Shown piece by piece: positions 40,582 through 53,611 of a stretch of 64,000 bases of DNA. Positions within the stretch are counted from its first letter, which is position 1. Each line of letters begins with the position of its first letter. Source of the stretch: Eledone cirrhosa (lineage: Eukaryota); NCBI GenBank assembly GCA_964016885.1, contig OZ024741.1:41230001-41294000 (forward strand). The letters run 5' to 3'. The notes below the pieces were generated by a model. The model saw only the letters and a program-made list of their open reading frames with translations, did not search any database and was not told the origin of the DNA. Made by a program: the position numbers and the translations under genes.

Positions 40582-41080
40582 CACACATTTACATATTACA
40601 CATACCCCCACATATATATATATATATATATTACACCCACCCACCCATATATATGAGGTTGTGTAGGTGTCACGACAAAAAAAACACACAGTCCACGCTG
40701 TAATGTGGCCGTGTAGGTAACACGGTAAAAAGCTCCCAGTCCACACTGCAAATGTGGTTGGTGTTAGGAAGGGCATCCATCTGTAGAAAACCTGCTAGAT
40801 AGTCCTATACGAGTGAGACATGGTCACCCGACCAATCTAACCCATGCTAACGTGGAAGAAAGACGTTAAACGATGATGATGATGATGATGAAATATATAA
40901 ATATATATATATATATATAAGAATAACATAAAAAAAGATGCTGATATTACATAAATCAAATTTGTTTTAATGTTATTCTTATATTGAATCTCCATCATAA
41001 CTACGCATTACAAATGTAGAGAGCTTTCTCCTGCTTACTTCTGTTTTTTACCAAAGCAACTTTTACTGAACACACACACT

Positions 41081-41124
<44 letters not shown>

Positions 41125-41881
41125 CAAATTAAAAGTTTGAGAAAATATTCTTTGCTTAAACTTTTAATCAGTTTAAACAATATACACACATACACACTTT
41201 TTTAGTATTGATGGTTATGAGCAATGAATGCCATAAGAGAATTATTTTTTAAAAGTTAAATCAATTTCCTGTTACTCTAAAGTTTCAACAACATATTGAC
41301 AAAGGCATAAGACATGACTGGTGACCTATATTCATAACTCCAGAATAACAAGACATTGAGTAGGCAATAATAGAAATTATATATATATATCATCATCACT
41401 GTTTTACGTCCATTCTTCAATGCTAGCATGGGATAGACGGATTGTCCTATTGTGGGCGATGTTAGGTCGGATGACCTTGTCTTCATATATATATATATCA
41501 CTACCCCACCCCTTCCACACCACCCCTTTCAATGTAAAGTTATGTTGGTACCACAACATCCAGTCCTAAACAAATGAGGTTGTGTAGGTGTCACAACAAA
41601 AAAACACACAGTCCACGCTGTAATGTGGCCATGTAGGTAACACGGTAAAAACCTCCCAGTCCACACTGTAAACGTGGTTGGTGTTAGGAAGGGCATCCAG
41701 CCGTAGAAAACCCGCCAGACAGTCCTATGCGAGCAAGACAACTAATCTTGCCTCAAGTGGGAAAATTCCCATCTAAACCCATGCAAGCGTGGAAGATTGA
41801 TGTTAAACGATGATGATGATGATGATATATATATATATATATATATATTGGAAAATGTGTGTAATCCTTGGTACAGTTAGG

Positions 41882-42331
41882 TATATTAAGACAGGGGGGA
41901 AGAAAAAATGGCTTCACTTGTGCTTTCAACAAATTTATTTTCTTCACAAAATCCCAAAAGAATTTTTTTCCGGATTAGAAAAATTTTTTTTTTTTTTTTT
42001 TTTCTTAAAAAAAATTATTTTATAAATTAAGTTAGGTCTTAGGAGTTCTTGGTTAACGTAGGAAGTATTGTTTCGTTTTTAGAACGACCTTTTAGAACGA
42101 CAAGCGCACCTCAGCGTGAAAGGTCGTTCTAAAAACGAAACAATACTTCCTACGTTAACCAAGAACTCCTAAGACCTAACTTAATTTATAAAATAATTTT
42201 TTTTAAGAAAAAAAAAAAAAAAAAAAAATTTTTTCTAATCCGGAAAAAAATTCTTTTGGGATTTTGTGAAGAAAATAAATTTGTTGAAAGCACAAGTGAA
42301 GCCATTTTTTCTTCCCCCTTGTCTTAATATA
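41882..42331. repeat. About 210-bp near-perfect inverted repeat (41882-42092 / 42119-42331, 26-bp spacer)
   Basis: Arms differ only by one substitution and poly-T/A length; (AT)n nearby on both sides. Confidence 0.95.
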
Positions 42332-43149
42332 TATATATATATTAGAAAGTGAGGTTTTTTTTACAAAATGAAAAATAACCGAGGTGTCCTACACGAGTGA
42401 AAGAATAAAGAAAAAGAGATGAAATCGAAAATGCAACTGGAGTCTTATTTTTTTTAAAAATATATATATTTATTTGGTTCCTTTACCGGTTTCGCAGTTC
42501 TTCTGCTTTTGAAAAGGTGAGTTGAGATGGAGGGTCTGTGGTTCCCGGCCGATGTATCTCTATTTTGTCCAACCCTTGCAAGCAGGGAAAAACGGACGTA
42601 AAATGATGATATATATATATGAAGTTGTTAGTTCGATACCTGGACCGGGTGATGCGTTATGTCCTTTAGCAAGACACTTTATTTCATGTTGCTCCTTCTA
42701 CCTGGTGTTACGACCGATAGATAGAATTAGCAATTGGAAAGACCAATGGAAACATTGTTTCCTCGGTCCGATTTGACAAACGTCAATCGTCAAAAATATA
42801 TGTGTGTATGTGTGTGTGTGTGTACATGTTTGTGTGTGTGCCTTCACTGTACATGCTGTAAAGTGGTTAGCATTAGGAAGGGCATCTAGCCATTGAAACA
42901 AAGCCAGAAATGGAACATAGGAGCAAGACATAACATTACAATCTAGCCACATAAAATGACAACCTGTCTAAACCATGCAAGCAAGGAAAACAGAAGCTAA
43001 ACTATGATGATATATATATATGTAAATATCAGCAAGACATGGTTACCTGTCTGTTAACATGACAGCCCATCTAACCAGTGCAAGGATAGAAAATAGATGT
43101 TAAACAATGATGATGATGATAACATGTATGTATATATATACATATACAC

Positions 43150-43222
<73 letters not shown>

Positions 43223-43393
43223 TATACACACACAGACATATATATATATACACACTATAAATATATATATATGTGTGTGTTTATATATATATGTAAAAGT
43301 TCTATTTAAATTGTTGGGATACAGCACTCAACAAATATTTGAAGTAAAAATACGATATTAACAAAGGGGAACTATATTAATAAAACCATATTT

Positions 43394-43456
43394 ATTTCAT
43401 TATACATATTTCAAAGACACCAAGTTAAATTATGGTGTGCTTTCATCAGATAAAAT
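43394..43456 (-). ncRNA. Type I hammerhead ribozyme
   Basis: Reverse-complement twin of 43551-43613 with an intact core. Confidence 0.78.
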
Positions 43457-43550
43457 ATAATATAGATTGTCTATCCGGGAGCTTCCATCAGCAATGGTTG
43501 CATTCTTTAAGGGTATGTCAATATTTATTTATAAAACTGATCTATATTAT

Positions 43551-43613
43551 ATTTTATCTGATGAAAGCACACCATAATTTAACTTGGTGTCCTTGAAATA
43601 TGTATAATGAAAT
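43551..43613 (+). ncRNA. Type I hammerhead ribozyme
   Basis: ATTTTAT-CTGATGA-AAG.ACACCA..TGGTGT.CTT-GAAA-TATGTA-TA-ATGAAAT: stems I, II and minimal III all present. Confidence 0.8.
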
Positions 43614-43679
43614 AAATATGGTTTTATAAATATAGTTTCCATTTGTTAATATCGTATATATATATATATATATATATAT

Positions 43680-45954
43680 CATCATCATCATCATCATCGT
43701 TTAACGTCCATGTCCCACGCTTGCATGGGTTTGGACGGGAGTTTTCCCACTTGAGGCAAGAGTGGTTGTCTTGCTCGCATGGGACTGTCTGGCGGGTTTT
43801 CTACAGCTGGATGCCCTTCCTAACACCAACCACATTTACAGTGTGGGGCTGGGAGGTTTTTACCGTGTTGCCTACATGGCCACATTACAGCGTGGACTGT
43901 CTGGCGGGTTTTCTACAACTGGATGCCCTTCCTAACACCAACCACATTTACAGTGTGGGACTGGGAGGTTTTTACCGTGTTGCCTACACGACTACATTAC
44001 AGCGTGGACTGTGTGTTTTTTTGTCGTGACACCTACACGATCTCATTTGTTTTGGCCTGGATGTTGTGGCACCAACATAACTATACATTGAAAGGGGCGG
44101 TGTGGATGGGGTGGGGGTGGTGGGACGGAGGTGTATTTTGTTAGAGATGCCTACTGACTGTAGTAGGTTTTACTTTGTATTTAGGTAAGGCGGGTCTTCT
44201 CTATTACTGAGTACCGCCAAAGGTCTCGGTCCAGTGACATTGTCTTGGAGAGGTGTAAGTGTGTGAAGTCGGAATTTATCAGCTCGTCCCAGGTTTTTCT
44301 GGGTCTGCCTACTCCGTGGCTACCATCTATCTTTATTGCCATGCACTTTGCTATACAGCTGTCGTCTTTCATGCGCATCACGTGACCATACCAAGGTAGC
44401 CTTCTCTTGAGTAAACAACATCTGATCCCTCTTATTTCTAATTTTTTCCTTAGTTCGTTTATGCTTTGCCGTTCACGTATATTACTATTACACATCCAGC
44501 GGAGCATGCAAGCTTCGTTTCTCTCCAGTCTGCGTATATCCTCTGCACACAATGCCCAGGTCTCACTGCCATGCAACATTGCTGTTCGTATGCAGGCATC
44601 ATACAACCTGCCTTTCATTTTTAGGGAGAACCCTTTAGCGGCTAATTGTGGTATAAGCTCTCTGAACTTTTTCCATCCAGTTCAGACTCTAGCTACTGTA
44701 CTTTCAGAGCACCCTCCCCCACTGCTGATTTTGTCACCCTGGTAACGGAAGCTGTCCACTATTTCTATAGAACCCTCTGTGCAATTGAAAGAGCTAGTAT
44801 TTTGTGGGCACTTGCTGCTACTTATTGCACCAGAGCACCGGCCACATGTAAAATCTGTGTTCTTAGTTAGCTTACCTGTGATCCCACTACATCTTTTATG
44901 CACCCATACTTTGCATTTGGGACATAAAATGGAGTTTCTACCTACGCCTTTCCTACACACTGAGCATGGCCATTTCCCAGAAGGGACCGCCGCCTTATTT
45001 TCTTTCCTACAAACTAGAACGTTAGTCTTAGCCAGGTTAATTTTAAGGCCTTTTGATTCTAGGCCGTGCTTCCATGTTTGGAATTTCTTCTCTAGCTCGG
45101 CCATTGATTCAGCTATGAGCGTTAGATCATCTGCGTATAGGAGTTCCCATGGGCAGCCGGTCTTGAACTCCTCTGTTATAGCCTGAAGGGCAATAATAAA
45201 TAGTAGGGGGCTAAGAACAGAGCCCTGATGAACACCAACTTTTACGCTAAACTCTTCACTATATTCGTTGTTAATTCTAACCTTGCTCACTGTTTCTTTA
45301 TACATGGCTTGTATAGCCCTCACAAGCCATTCGTCAACACCTAGTTTTCTAAGAGCCCACCAGATAATGGAGCAGGGGACTCTGTCGAAGGCTTTCTCCA
45401 AGTCGACAAAGGCTAAGTATAGGGGTTTACTTTTAGCTAGGTACTTCTCCTGTAATTGTCGTACAATGAAAAGAGCGTCTGTGGTACTTTTGCCTGACAC
45501 AAACCCGAACTGCATTTCATCTAGATCGATTCTCTCTCTCATTAGTTGCACTATTACTTTTTCTGTGACCTTCATGACCTGGTCGATTAATTTAATGCCT
45601 CTATAGTTACACCTATCTAGGGTGTCTCCTTTACCCTTGTAACAGTTAATGATGATGCTGCTACGCCAGTCCTTCGGAACAACCCCATTCTGTATGGCTT
45701 GGTTTACTATCCGGGTGACCATGGTGTGTCCCACCGTTCCAGAGGCCTTCAGCATCTCAGCAACTATTTCCCAAGGCCCAGCTGCCTTACCCGTCTTCAT
45801 ATCTTTGATTGCCTTACTTATTATACTACCTTCAACTAACACTGCTGGTCCCTCTATTGGATCGATCTGGGGGAGACTATCCTTCTCCCATTTATTCTCC
45901 TCATTTAGTAGCCTCTCGTAGTGACACTTCCAAGCGACCTTCTTATCAGCATCA

Positions 45955-45957
<3 letters not shown>
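43680..45957 (-). mobile_element. RTE LINE, 5'-truncated; one in-frame nonsense codon at 44682; about 112-bp tandem duplication in the 3' UTR
   Basis: ORFs 44682-45957 and 44181-44618 are in the same frame; full RT motifs; (AT)n at both ends. Confidence 0.95.
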
Positions 45958-45992
<35 letters not shown>

Positions 45993-46015
45993 CACATATA
46001 TATATATATACACAG

Positions 46016-46120
<105 letters not shown>

Positions 46121-46139
46121 TATATATATATATACACAG

Positions 46140-46176
<37 letters not shown>

Positions 46177-46197
46177 CACATATATATATATACACAC

Positions 46198-46228
<31 letters not shown>

Positions 46229-46269
46229 TACACGCACACACATATACACACACACACACACACATATAT

Positions 46270-46320
<51 letters not shown>

Positions 46321-46327
46321 TACATAT

Positions 46328-46438
<111 letters not shown>

Positions 46439-46728
46439 AACAGTCAAGCAGTAGCCTTGAACGTCAGAAAAAGTGACTAAAAGGGTTGGTGTGAAGATAG
46501 GGCATCCAGCTGTAAGGTATGATGACAAAATGTCATATTCAACCCATGCTATCATTGAGAAGTTGAAATATAAACAATGAAGGGGATGATGAGGATGATA
46601 CACACACACACACATATATATATATGTGCGTGTGTGTGTGTGTAAGTCTTGGGTTTAATCAGGCGTAACTACAGTTAGTGAAGTACTCAATACATTAGTA
46701 GAGAATATACAAAATTTAATATAGAAAT

Positions 46729-46780
46729 GGCTTCTACAGGACTAGAACTGTTTCATTCAAAAGAAATCATCAGGAAAGCC
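46729..46780 (-). ncRNA. Type I hammerhead ribozyme in fold-back element P5 (46644-46844; arms 46710-46770 / 46784-46844)
   Basis: GGCTTTC-CTGATGA-TTTC-TTTT-GAAT-GAAA-CAG-TTCTAGTC-CTG-TA-GAAGCC. Confidence 0.75.
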
Positions 46781-46843
46781 CTAATGATTTCTTTCGAATG
46801 AAACAGTTCTATTCCTGTAGAAGCCATTTCTATATTAAATTTT

Positions 46844-47164
46844 GAGGCACATGACTTAGTGGTTAGAGCATTGGGCTTGCAATCAAAAGGTTGCGAGTTC
46901 AATTTTCAGACCGGGTGATGTGTTGTTTCCTTGAGCAAGACACTTTATTTCACATTGCTCCAGTTTACTCAGATGTAGAAATGAGATGATAGGGACTGGG
47001 GTCCATATCATTCCACTGCAAAGTGGTCGTGGAGGTGCCACGGCAAAAAAGCACCCAGCACTCACTGTAAATGAGGTTGGTGTTAGGAAGGGCATCCAGC
47101 TGCAGAAATCAAGCCAGAATCAGTTCCCATCCCACCCTTGCAAGCAGGGAAAAGCGGACGTAAA

Positions 47165-47200
<36 letters not shown>
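46844..47200 (+). mobile_element. SINE family B with alternative RTE tail
   Basis: Same head and body as 25917, but ends CCCACCCTTGCAAGCAGGGAAAAGCGGACGTAAAA then (TGA)n. Confidence 0.9.
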
Positions 47201-47202
<2 letters not shown>

Positions 47203-47669
47203 ATCACCTGGCACAAAGTGATAAAAACTGACCTTGCCCACCTACACCTCTCTAAGACAATGACACAGGATCGAGATCTTTGGTGCCATGCAGTTGTACG
47301 GAAGACCTGACTGCTATTGCATACAAACCTACAGTCAGTAGGTATATCTTAACCCAATGTACACCCCACCCACCCTACCCCATCCTCCCTCTCCCATTCC
47401 ACCCACTGTGTCGATGAGACAACAGTCCACACTGTAAGGTGGCCGTGTAGGAGACATTGTAAATGTGGTTGGTGTTAAGAAGGGCATCCAGCTGTAAAAA
47501 ACCTGCCAAAGACACTTCCGTACAAGCGAGACACGGTCCTCGACCATTCCCGCATCAAATGGAAAAAAACCGTCTAACTCATGCTAGCATGGAAGATGGA
47601 TGTTAAATGATGAGGATGATGATAATGATATCATCCTCATCATTTAAAGTCCATTTACCACTCTAGCAT

Positions 47670-47819
47670 TATATATATATCACATAAGAAACGGAGAATC
47701 AGTGGTGCGACAAATTAATTGTGATTCTCTGTTTCTTATGTGATATTATACTCTGCTCTGTAAGATCATCGAGTGCTCAAACGGCCTACCGCATACTGAT
47801 GCTTTAAGCATCCCACACC

Positions 47820-47822
<3 letters not shown>
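47670..47822 (+). mobile_element. Short fold-back element (arms 47676-47701 / 47722-47746) plus bulged hairpin 47750-47776
   Basis: ATATCACATAAGAAACGGAGAATCA / TGATTCTCTGTTTCTTATGTGATAT; (AT)n on both sides. Confidence 0.6.
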
Positions 47823-47854
<32 letters not shown>

Positions 47855-47859
<5 letters not shown>

Positions 47860-48188
47860 CAGAGTTAAACGAGATTCAATGAATACATCAAAGAATGAGT
47901 TTTACAGTAGATTGGAAGCACTCTATAAGTAAATAATTTTCCAGAGTTATTAATATTAAAATACAAATATTAATAAAATAGATGTTCTTTTGATCAATTA
48001 AATTTTATTTTACATATTTCAGAGGTACAACAGTACGTCCTCATCAGACAAAATATAATGATACATGACATACCCTGAGATGTTAAATGGTTAAGATTTA
48101 ATCAAGGCAGTGATTACTGTTGTACCTCTGAAATATGTATAATAAAATTTAATTGATCAAAAGAACATCTATTTTATTAATATTTGTA

Positions 48189-48200
<12 letters not shown>
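47855..48200. mobile_element. Fold-back P4-related element; arms 47953-48035 / 48116-48197; degenerate hammerhead 48002-48054 on the minus strand
   Basis: ATTTTGT-CTGATGA-GG..CT-GAAA-TATGTA; NUH is mutated in the left arm and intact in the right arm, which lacks CTGATGA. Confidence 0.7.
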
Positions 48201-48233
<33 letters not shown>

Positions 48234-48236
<3 letters not shown>

Positions 48237-48660
48237 GGAAAAATTTGAACAGGGACAAAACAGAGAGACAGTACAACGAATGTTTATTAATTTCACGCTC
48301 TGGAGAGTGGGGTGTTGGTGGGGGACGACGTTTCGGGCATAAGCCCTTCCTCAGGTGAGAAGTGTGTGGGAACAGAGTTCAAAGGGTGTGTAGGGGAGTG
48401 GTGGAGAGAGATATAGCGAAAGGAAACGGTGCGAATGAAAAAATAAAAAATAAAGATAAAAATAAAAATAAAGCATGATCAAAATACAAGGAATGAGATA
48501 AATTTAAATATAAAGGCATGATCAAAATAAACTGAAATTAAAAGGGGGGTAAAACAGGTGGTGGAAGGGTGTGGGGTGTGTAGGGGTGGTGGCGGGTGGA
48601 GTGGGGAGAAGGAGATGGGGTGTCCAAGCGGGGAGGGCTGAAGGTGGTGTGTGTGTGTAG

Positions 48661-48691
<31 letters not shown>

Positions 48692-50083
48692 AAAGTAAGG
48701 GTTGGGGGAAGAACGGGGTTGCATGTTCAGGAAGAGGTGTGTGTGTGGGGTGGGGGGTCGGAGTGTATGTGCGTGTGTGGATTGAGGGGTGGGGGGAGAG
48801 GAATCAGGAGGCTGAGGGTGTAAATATGTGGTGGAAAGCACGTGTGTGTGGGGTTTAAGCGTGTTGTGGGTGTAGGTGGCGTGTGGAGAAAAAAAAATTT
48901 TTGGAGTGTGTGTGTGGGTGAGTTATATAGGTGATTATGAAGAGGATGGTTGAAAAGTAGGTAAATTCCGAAGATGTTTAGTGGATTCGTTGTTGGTCAA
49001 TTTCTGCGTGTGGGTATTCCATGAAGCGATGGTCGGAAGAGGAGAGATGTGGGGTGCGCGCGCAACAGGAAGTGGTCAAGCAGTCGGAGTGCTGTGTGTC
49101 TGTTTGTGCTGGGAGGTGGTCAGAGGGCATAGCAGCAGTCGGTGGAATGGTAAAGGGGCAAGGATGGGTAGGTGTGAAAGTTGGAGTGAGGTGTGTGTGT
49201 GTGTGTATTAGTAGAGGTGTTAGTGGGGTGAGTGAGTGTGGAGCGAGGATGTGGGTGGAGCGGGGAGAGAAGGGTGTGCGTGTGGTTCTATGGAGGGAGT
49301 GTGGTGTACTGGTGTGTGTGTAGTTTGATGAAGAGGTGTTAGTGGGTGTTAGTATACGGGAGGTGGGGAGGGGTTGAATGCAGGTGTGAGTGGGGGTTAG
49401 TGGTGGTAGGGTGTGTAGAGTTGGTGGTGTACTAGGGTGTGTGGGTACGTGTGCATGGGTTGGGGGGTGTTAGTGATGTTAGTTGCGTGTGGGGTGGGTG
49501 GTGTAAGTGGGTGCGTGTGTTCGTGTTCTTGGGGTTAGGGGGTGTTAGTGAGGTTAGTTGCGGGGTGGTGGGATGGAGGTGTGGGGGTGAGAGGTGTGGG
49601 GGTGAGGGTTAGTGGTGGTAGTAGGGTCTGTGTTTAGTGTGAGCGCGTGTATATATGTGCCGGAGGGTGTGTGCGTGTGATAAGGAGGGGGGAGGAGGAG
49701 AAGAGGGGAGGGATGTTAGTATGTTAGTTGGGGAAGGGTGGTCAGATGAAGGGTGGAGTGGAGGTGTTAGTATTGTTAGTTGTGGGGTGGGCGGTGAAAA
49801 GGAGGGGTGTGTTAGTGGTGTTAGTGGGGGATAAGTGTGGGGGGAGGGGGGCGGTCGAAGGCTAAAGGAATAAGGGTGGGGAGTTCAGGCCGGGGGGAGT
49901 GTGGGTCTGTAAGATGAAGATAGTTCGTTGTTCGACCGTAAGGCGATGGGCGGGTGTTCCGTGGCACTGGAGTAGGCCACAGACTGTGAGATAGCGTGCG
50001 GAGTGTCCAGGGCCACCAAAGTGGCGGGCGATGGGGGAACTGCCCCCGAGACGAATATCCCGGAGGTGCTCCGTGAATCGGTT
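48234..50083 (-). mobile_element. Penelope-like element 3' portion: GIY-YIG C-terminus (49862-50083), long C/A-rich 3' region, hammerhead, AATAAA
   Basis: RFTEHLRDI..SPIARHFGGPGH..GLLQC..RLTVEQRTIFILQTHTPPGLN is a typical PLE endonuclease end; (AT)n on both sides. Confidence 0.85.
48324..48357 (-). ncRNA. Minimal PLE-type hammerhead ribozyme
   Basis: CTGAGGA-A-GGGC-TTAT-GCCC-GAAA-CG-TC with an ACGT palindromic stem III; stem I is weak. Confidence 0.75.
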
Positions 50084-50639
50084 ATATATATATATATATA
50101 TATAACCTTTAATATATAAACCTAGATGTGTAGCAGATTCTACTACACTTTTGAAGTTAGTCAAACTAAGCTAATGAAGATGTAAACTTCTTTGAAGATT
50201 AAAAAAGAAATTAGTTAAAAACCATTGCCAGGAACATATATTCAGAGCAATACTTCTGTTCTGACTGATACCTATATATGGATTGGTATGGCTCCATTAT
50301 ATATCATCATCAACATCTTCACCACCGTTTTACGTCCATTCTTCCACGCTAGCATGGGTTAGACGGGTTGTCCTGTTGTGGGCAATGGTAAGTCGGGTGA
50401 CTTGTCTTGCTCATACAGGAACTGATTTTGGCTTAAATTTTACAGCTGGATGCCCTTCCTAACACCAACCTCATTTACAGTGAGTGCTGGATGCTCTTTT
50501 TACTGTGGTGCCTACATGACCACTTTGCAGTGGGGGAGGGGGGCATATTGTCTATATGCTTCAGCTTCGGTTTGTACCCATGTATATATATATATATATA
50601 CACATACACATATATATATATGAGTGTGTATATATATAT

Positions 50640-53611
50640 ATCATCATCATCATCATCATCACCGTTTTACGTCCGTTCTTCCACGCTAGCATGGGTTAGA
50701 CGGGTTGTCCTGTTGTGGGCAGTGTCTTGCTCATACAGGAACTGATCTGGCTTGATTTCTACAGCTGGATGCCCTTCCTAACACCAACCTCATTTACAGT
50801 GAGTGCTGGGTGCTTTTTCGTGGCGCCTACACGTCCACTTTACAGTGTGGGCTGGGTGCTTTTTTGCCGTGGCACCTCCACGACCACCTTGCGGTGGGGG
50901 GGGGGGGCATATTGTTTATATGCTTCAGCATGTACCCATGGGAGGTCGGGTACCCTGTATTACTGCGTGACGCCAGAAGTCACGGTCGTGTGTCATTGAC
51001 TTTGAGAGGTGTAGTTGGGTAAGGTCGGCTTTTATCACCTCATCCCAAGTCATCTTGGGTCTCCCCACTCCGCGGTTTCCATCAACTTCTAGTGCTCTGC
51101 ACCTTTTTATGCAGCTGTCATCCTTCATACGCATCACATGTCCATACCAGCGTAACCGCCTCTCCTGCACGCAGCATTTGATTCCTCTTATGCTCAGTCT
51201 CTCTCTCAATTCATTTATGCTTTGTCGTTCACGTATATTACTGTTACACATCCATCGGAGCATGCAGGCTTCGTTTCTCTCTAATCTACGTAAGTCTTCC
51301 ACCTTCAGCGCCCAGGTCTCACTACCATGCAACATCGCTGTTCGGATACACGCATCATACAGTCTGCCTTTCATTCTGAGGGAGAAGCCTTTTGCAGCTA
51401 GCAGTGGTAGTAGTTCCCTAAACTTCTTCCATCCCGTTCTTACCCTAGTTATTGTACTTTCTGAGCACCCACCTCCGTTGCTAATTCGGTCACCTAGGTA
51501 GCAGAAGCTGTCTACTGTTTCTACAGGGCCCTCCCAGAGATTGGTGGTACTTGTTTCCTGTGGCTGTTTGCTTGCTGTTTCAGCACAGCTGCTGCATGTG
51601 AATCCTACATTCTTAATTAAGCTTCCTGAGATCCCGCTACATCTCTTGTGTACCCATTGTTTGCATTTGGGGCAAAGAATGGAGTTCCTACCTACACCTT
51701 TCCTACATACTGAGCAAGGCCATTTCCCTGAGGGGATCTGGGTTCTGTTTTCTCGTCTACTTATAAGGACCTTAGTCTTTGTCATGTTGACTTTGAGGCC
51801 CTTTCTCTCTAGTCCCTGCTTCCAGGTTTGGAATTTATTCTCTAGTTCTACCATAGATTCAGCTATGAGTGCGAGGTCATCAGCATACAGGAGTTCCCAT
51901 GGGCATCCGGTCTTAAACTCCTCCGTTATTGCCTGCAGGACTATGATGAACAGGAGAGGGCTAAGAACAGAGCCCTGGTGGACCCCAACCTGTACGCTAA
52001 ATTCCTCGCTATACTCATTGCCAATCCTAACTTTGCTGACTGCTCCCCTATACATGGCTTGTACCGCTTTCACAAGCCATTCATCTACTCCTAGTTTTCT
52101 AAGAGCCCACCAGATTACTGCACGTGGAACTCTGTCAAAGGCTTTCTCAAGGTCGACAAATGCCAAGTAGAGTGGCTTACTTTTAGCTAGGTACTTTTCC
52201 TGTAATTGCCTCACAAGGAAGAGCGCATCAGTGGTGCCTTTCCCTGGTACAAACCCAAATTGCATCTCGTCTATATTCACCCGGTCCCTAATCAGCTGTG
52301 CTATAACTCTTTCTGTTACTTTCATGACCTGGTCCATCAACTTTATACCTCTATAGTTTCCTCTATCTAGTGCATCGCCTTTACCTTTGTAGCAGTTGAC
52401 AATGATGCTACTGCACCAATCTTTTGGTATGGCCCCCTCTAGTATTACCTGGTTAACGATACGTGTGGTTATAGTGTGACCTACAGACCCAGATGCCTTC
52501 AGCATCTCGGCAGCTATACCCGATGGACCGGTTGCCTTCCCTATCTTCATATCTCTGATTGCCTTACTTACTACGCTGCCGCTGACTTGTACTGCTGGTC
52601 CCTCTATAGGGTCTACGTGGGGTAGGGTCTCTTCTTCCCATGCATTCTCCTCATTTAGTAATCTATCATAATGACTCTTCCATGCATCTTTCTTCTCAGC
52701 ACTTGTGAGGGCAAGCTCACCTTTATCATTCCGGATACACTTCTCTCCAATGACATCACAACTATCTCTGACACACTGCCTCGCAATCTTGAATACCTCC
52801 CGTTTCTGGTCCTCACGTTGTAAAACATGCTTGAATTTTCTATCCTCTGCTTCCCTCCTAGCTAAGTATACTTGTCGCCTAGCTTCCCTCTTGGTCTCTA
52901 TGTAATGTACCCTGCTCCCCCCGTTCTTCCATTCTTTCCATGCCTGTCTCTTGGCCTTGACTGCTTCATCTACCTTATTGTTCCACCACCAAGTCACTCT
53001 CCTCCTGCTTGAGGTCTTACTCCAGCCACAAACCTCATCCGTCGCCTCTAGTAAGTTATTTTTTAGGAACTCCCAGTTCTCTTCTACGTTAAATGTCTCT
53101 ATCTGTTCTTCTTTACTGTCGTAGGCGTTGAGTAAAATATCTTTAAATCTGTTACTGGTTGAGGGGACTTTCAGCTTCCAGATCTTTCTTCTCCAGGCTG
53201 GCCTCTGTTTCAGGGCTCGTCTAGTTCTGACCGTGAGGTCGCTGACAACTAAGCTATGTTGGGATGTACATTCCTCACTAGGGAAGGCTTTTGTGTTTAC
53301 GACCGTCCATCTGTCACGTCCTCTGATGAGGATAAAATCTAACTGACTAGAGTGCTCCCCTGATCTATAGGTGATCAGGTGGTTGTCGGGTTTTTTAAAG
53401 TTTGTGTTACATATCGACATGTCATTGGCGTCGCAGAATTCTAGAAGTCTGAATCCTTCCTCATTCCTTGTGCCAACTCCATGGCCTCCATGTACTCTAT
53501 TGAAGCCGTCGCAGTGTTTACCTACGTGTCCGTTAAAATCTCCTGCAATGATTAGGAAGTCCTTGTCGTCTGTTAGAGCAGTAGTGTGTATTAGGGACTC
53601 GTAAAACCGTA
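50640..53611 (-). mobile_element. Young RTE LINE: uninterrupted ORF 50925-53611 (partial APE, RT, Cys/His module, C-terminus) plus 3' UTR
   Basis: About 895 stop-free codons: IAGDFNGHVG, SQLDFIL, TSQHSLV, TWWWN, GPSGI, NYRGIKL, LLYADDLAL; 5'-truncated at a short (AT)n; (GAT)n tail. Confidence 0.96.

Larger units (their letters stand above)
43293..43657. mobile_element. Fold-back PLE-like element (family P4); 118-bp arms 43350-43467 / 43540-43657
   Basis: Each arm contains a complete hammerhead; bulged hairpin at 43324-43345 in the unpaired extension. Confidence 0.8.

Noticed and set aside
51055-53604. Plus-strand ORFs overlapping the RTE
   Set aside because: Antisense shadows of the RTE coding frame, repeated in the other copies.
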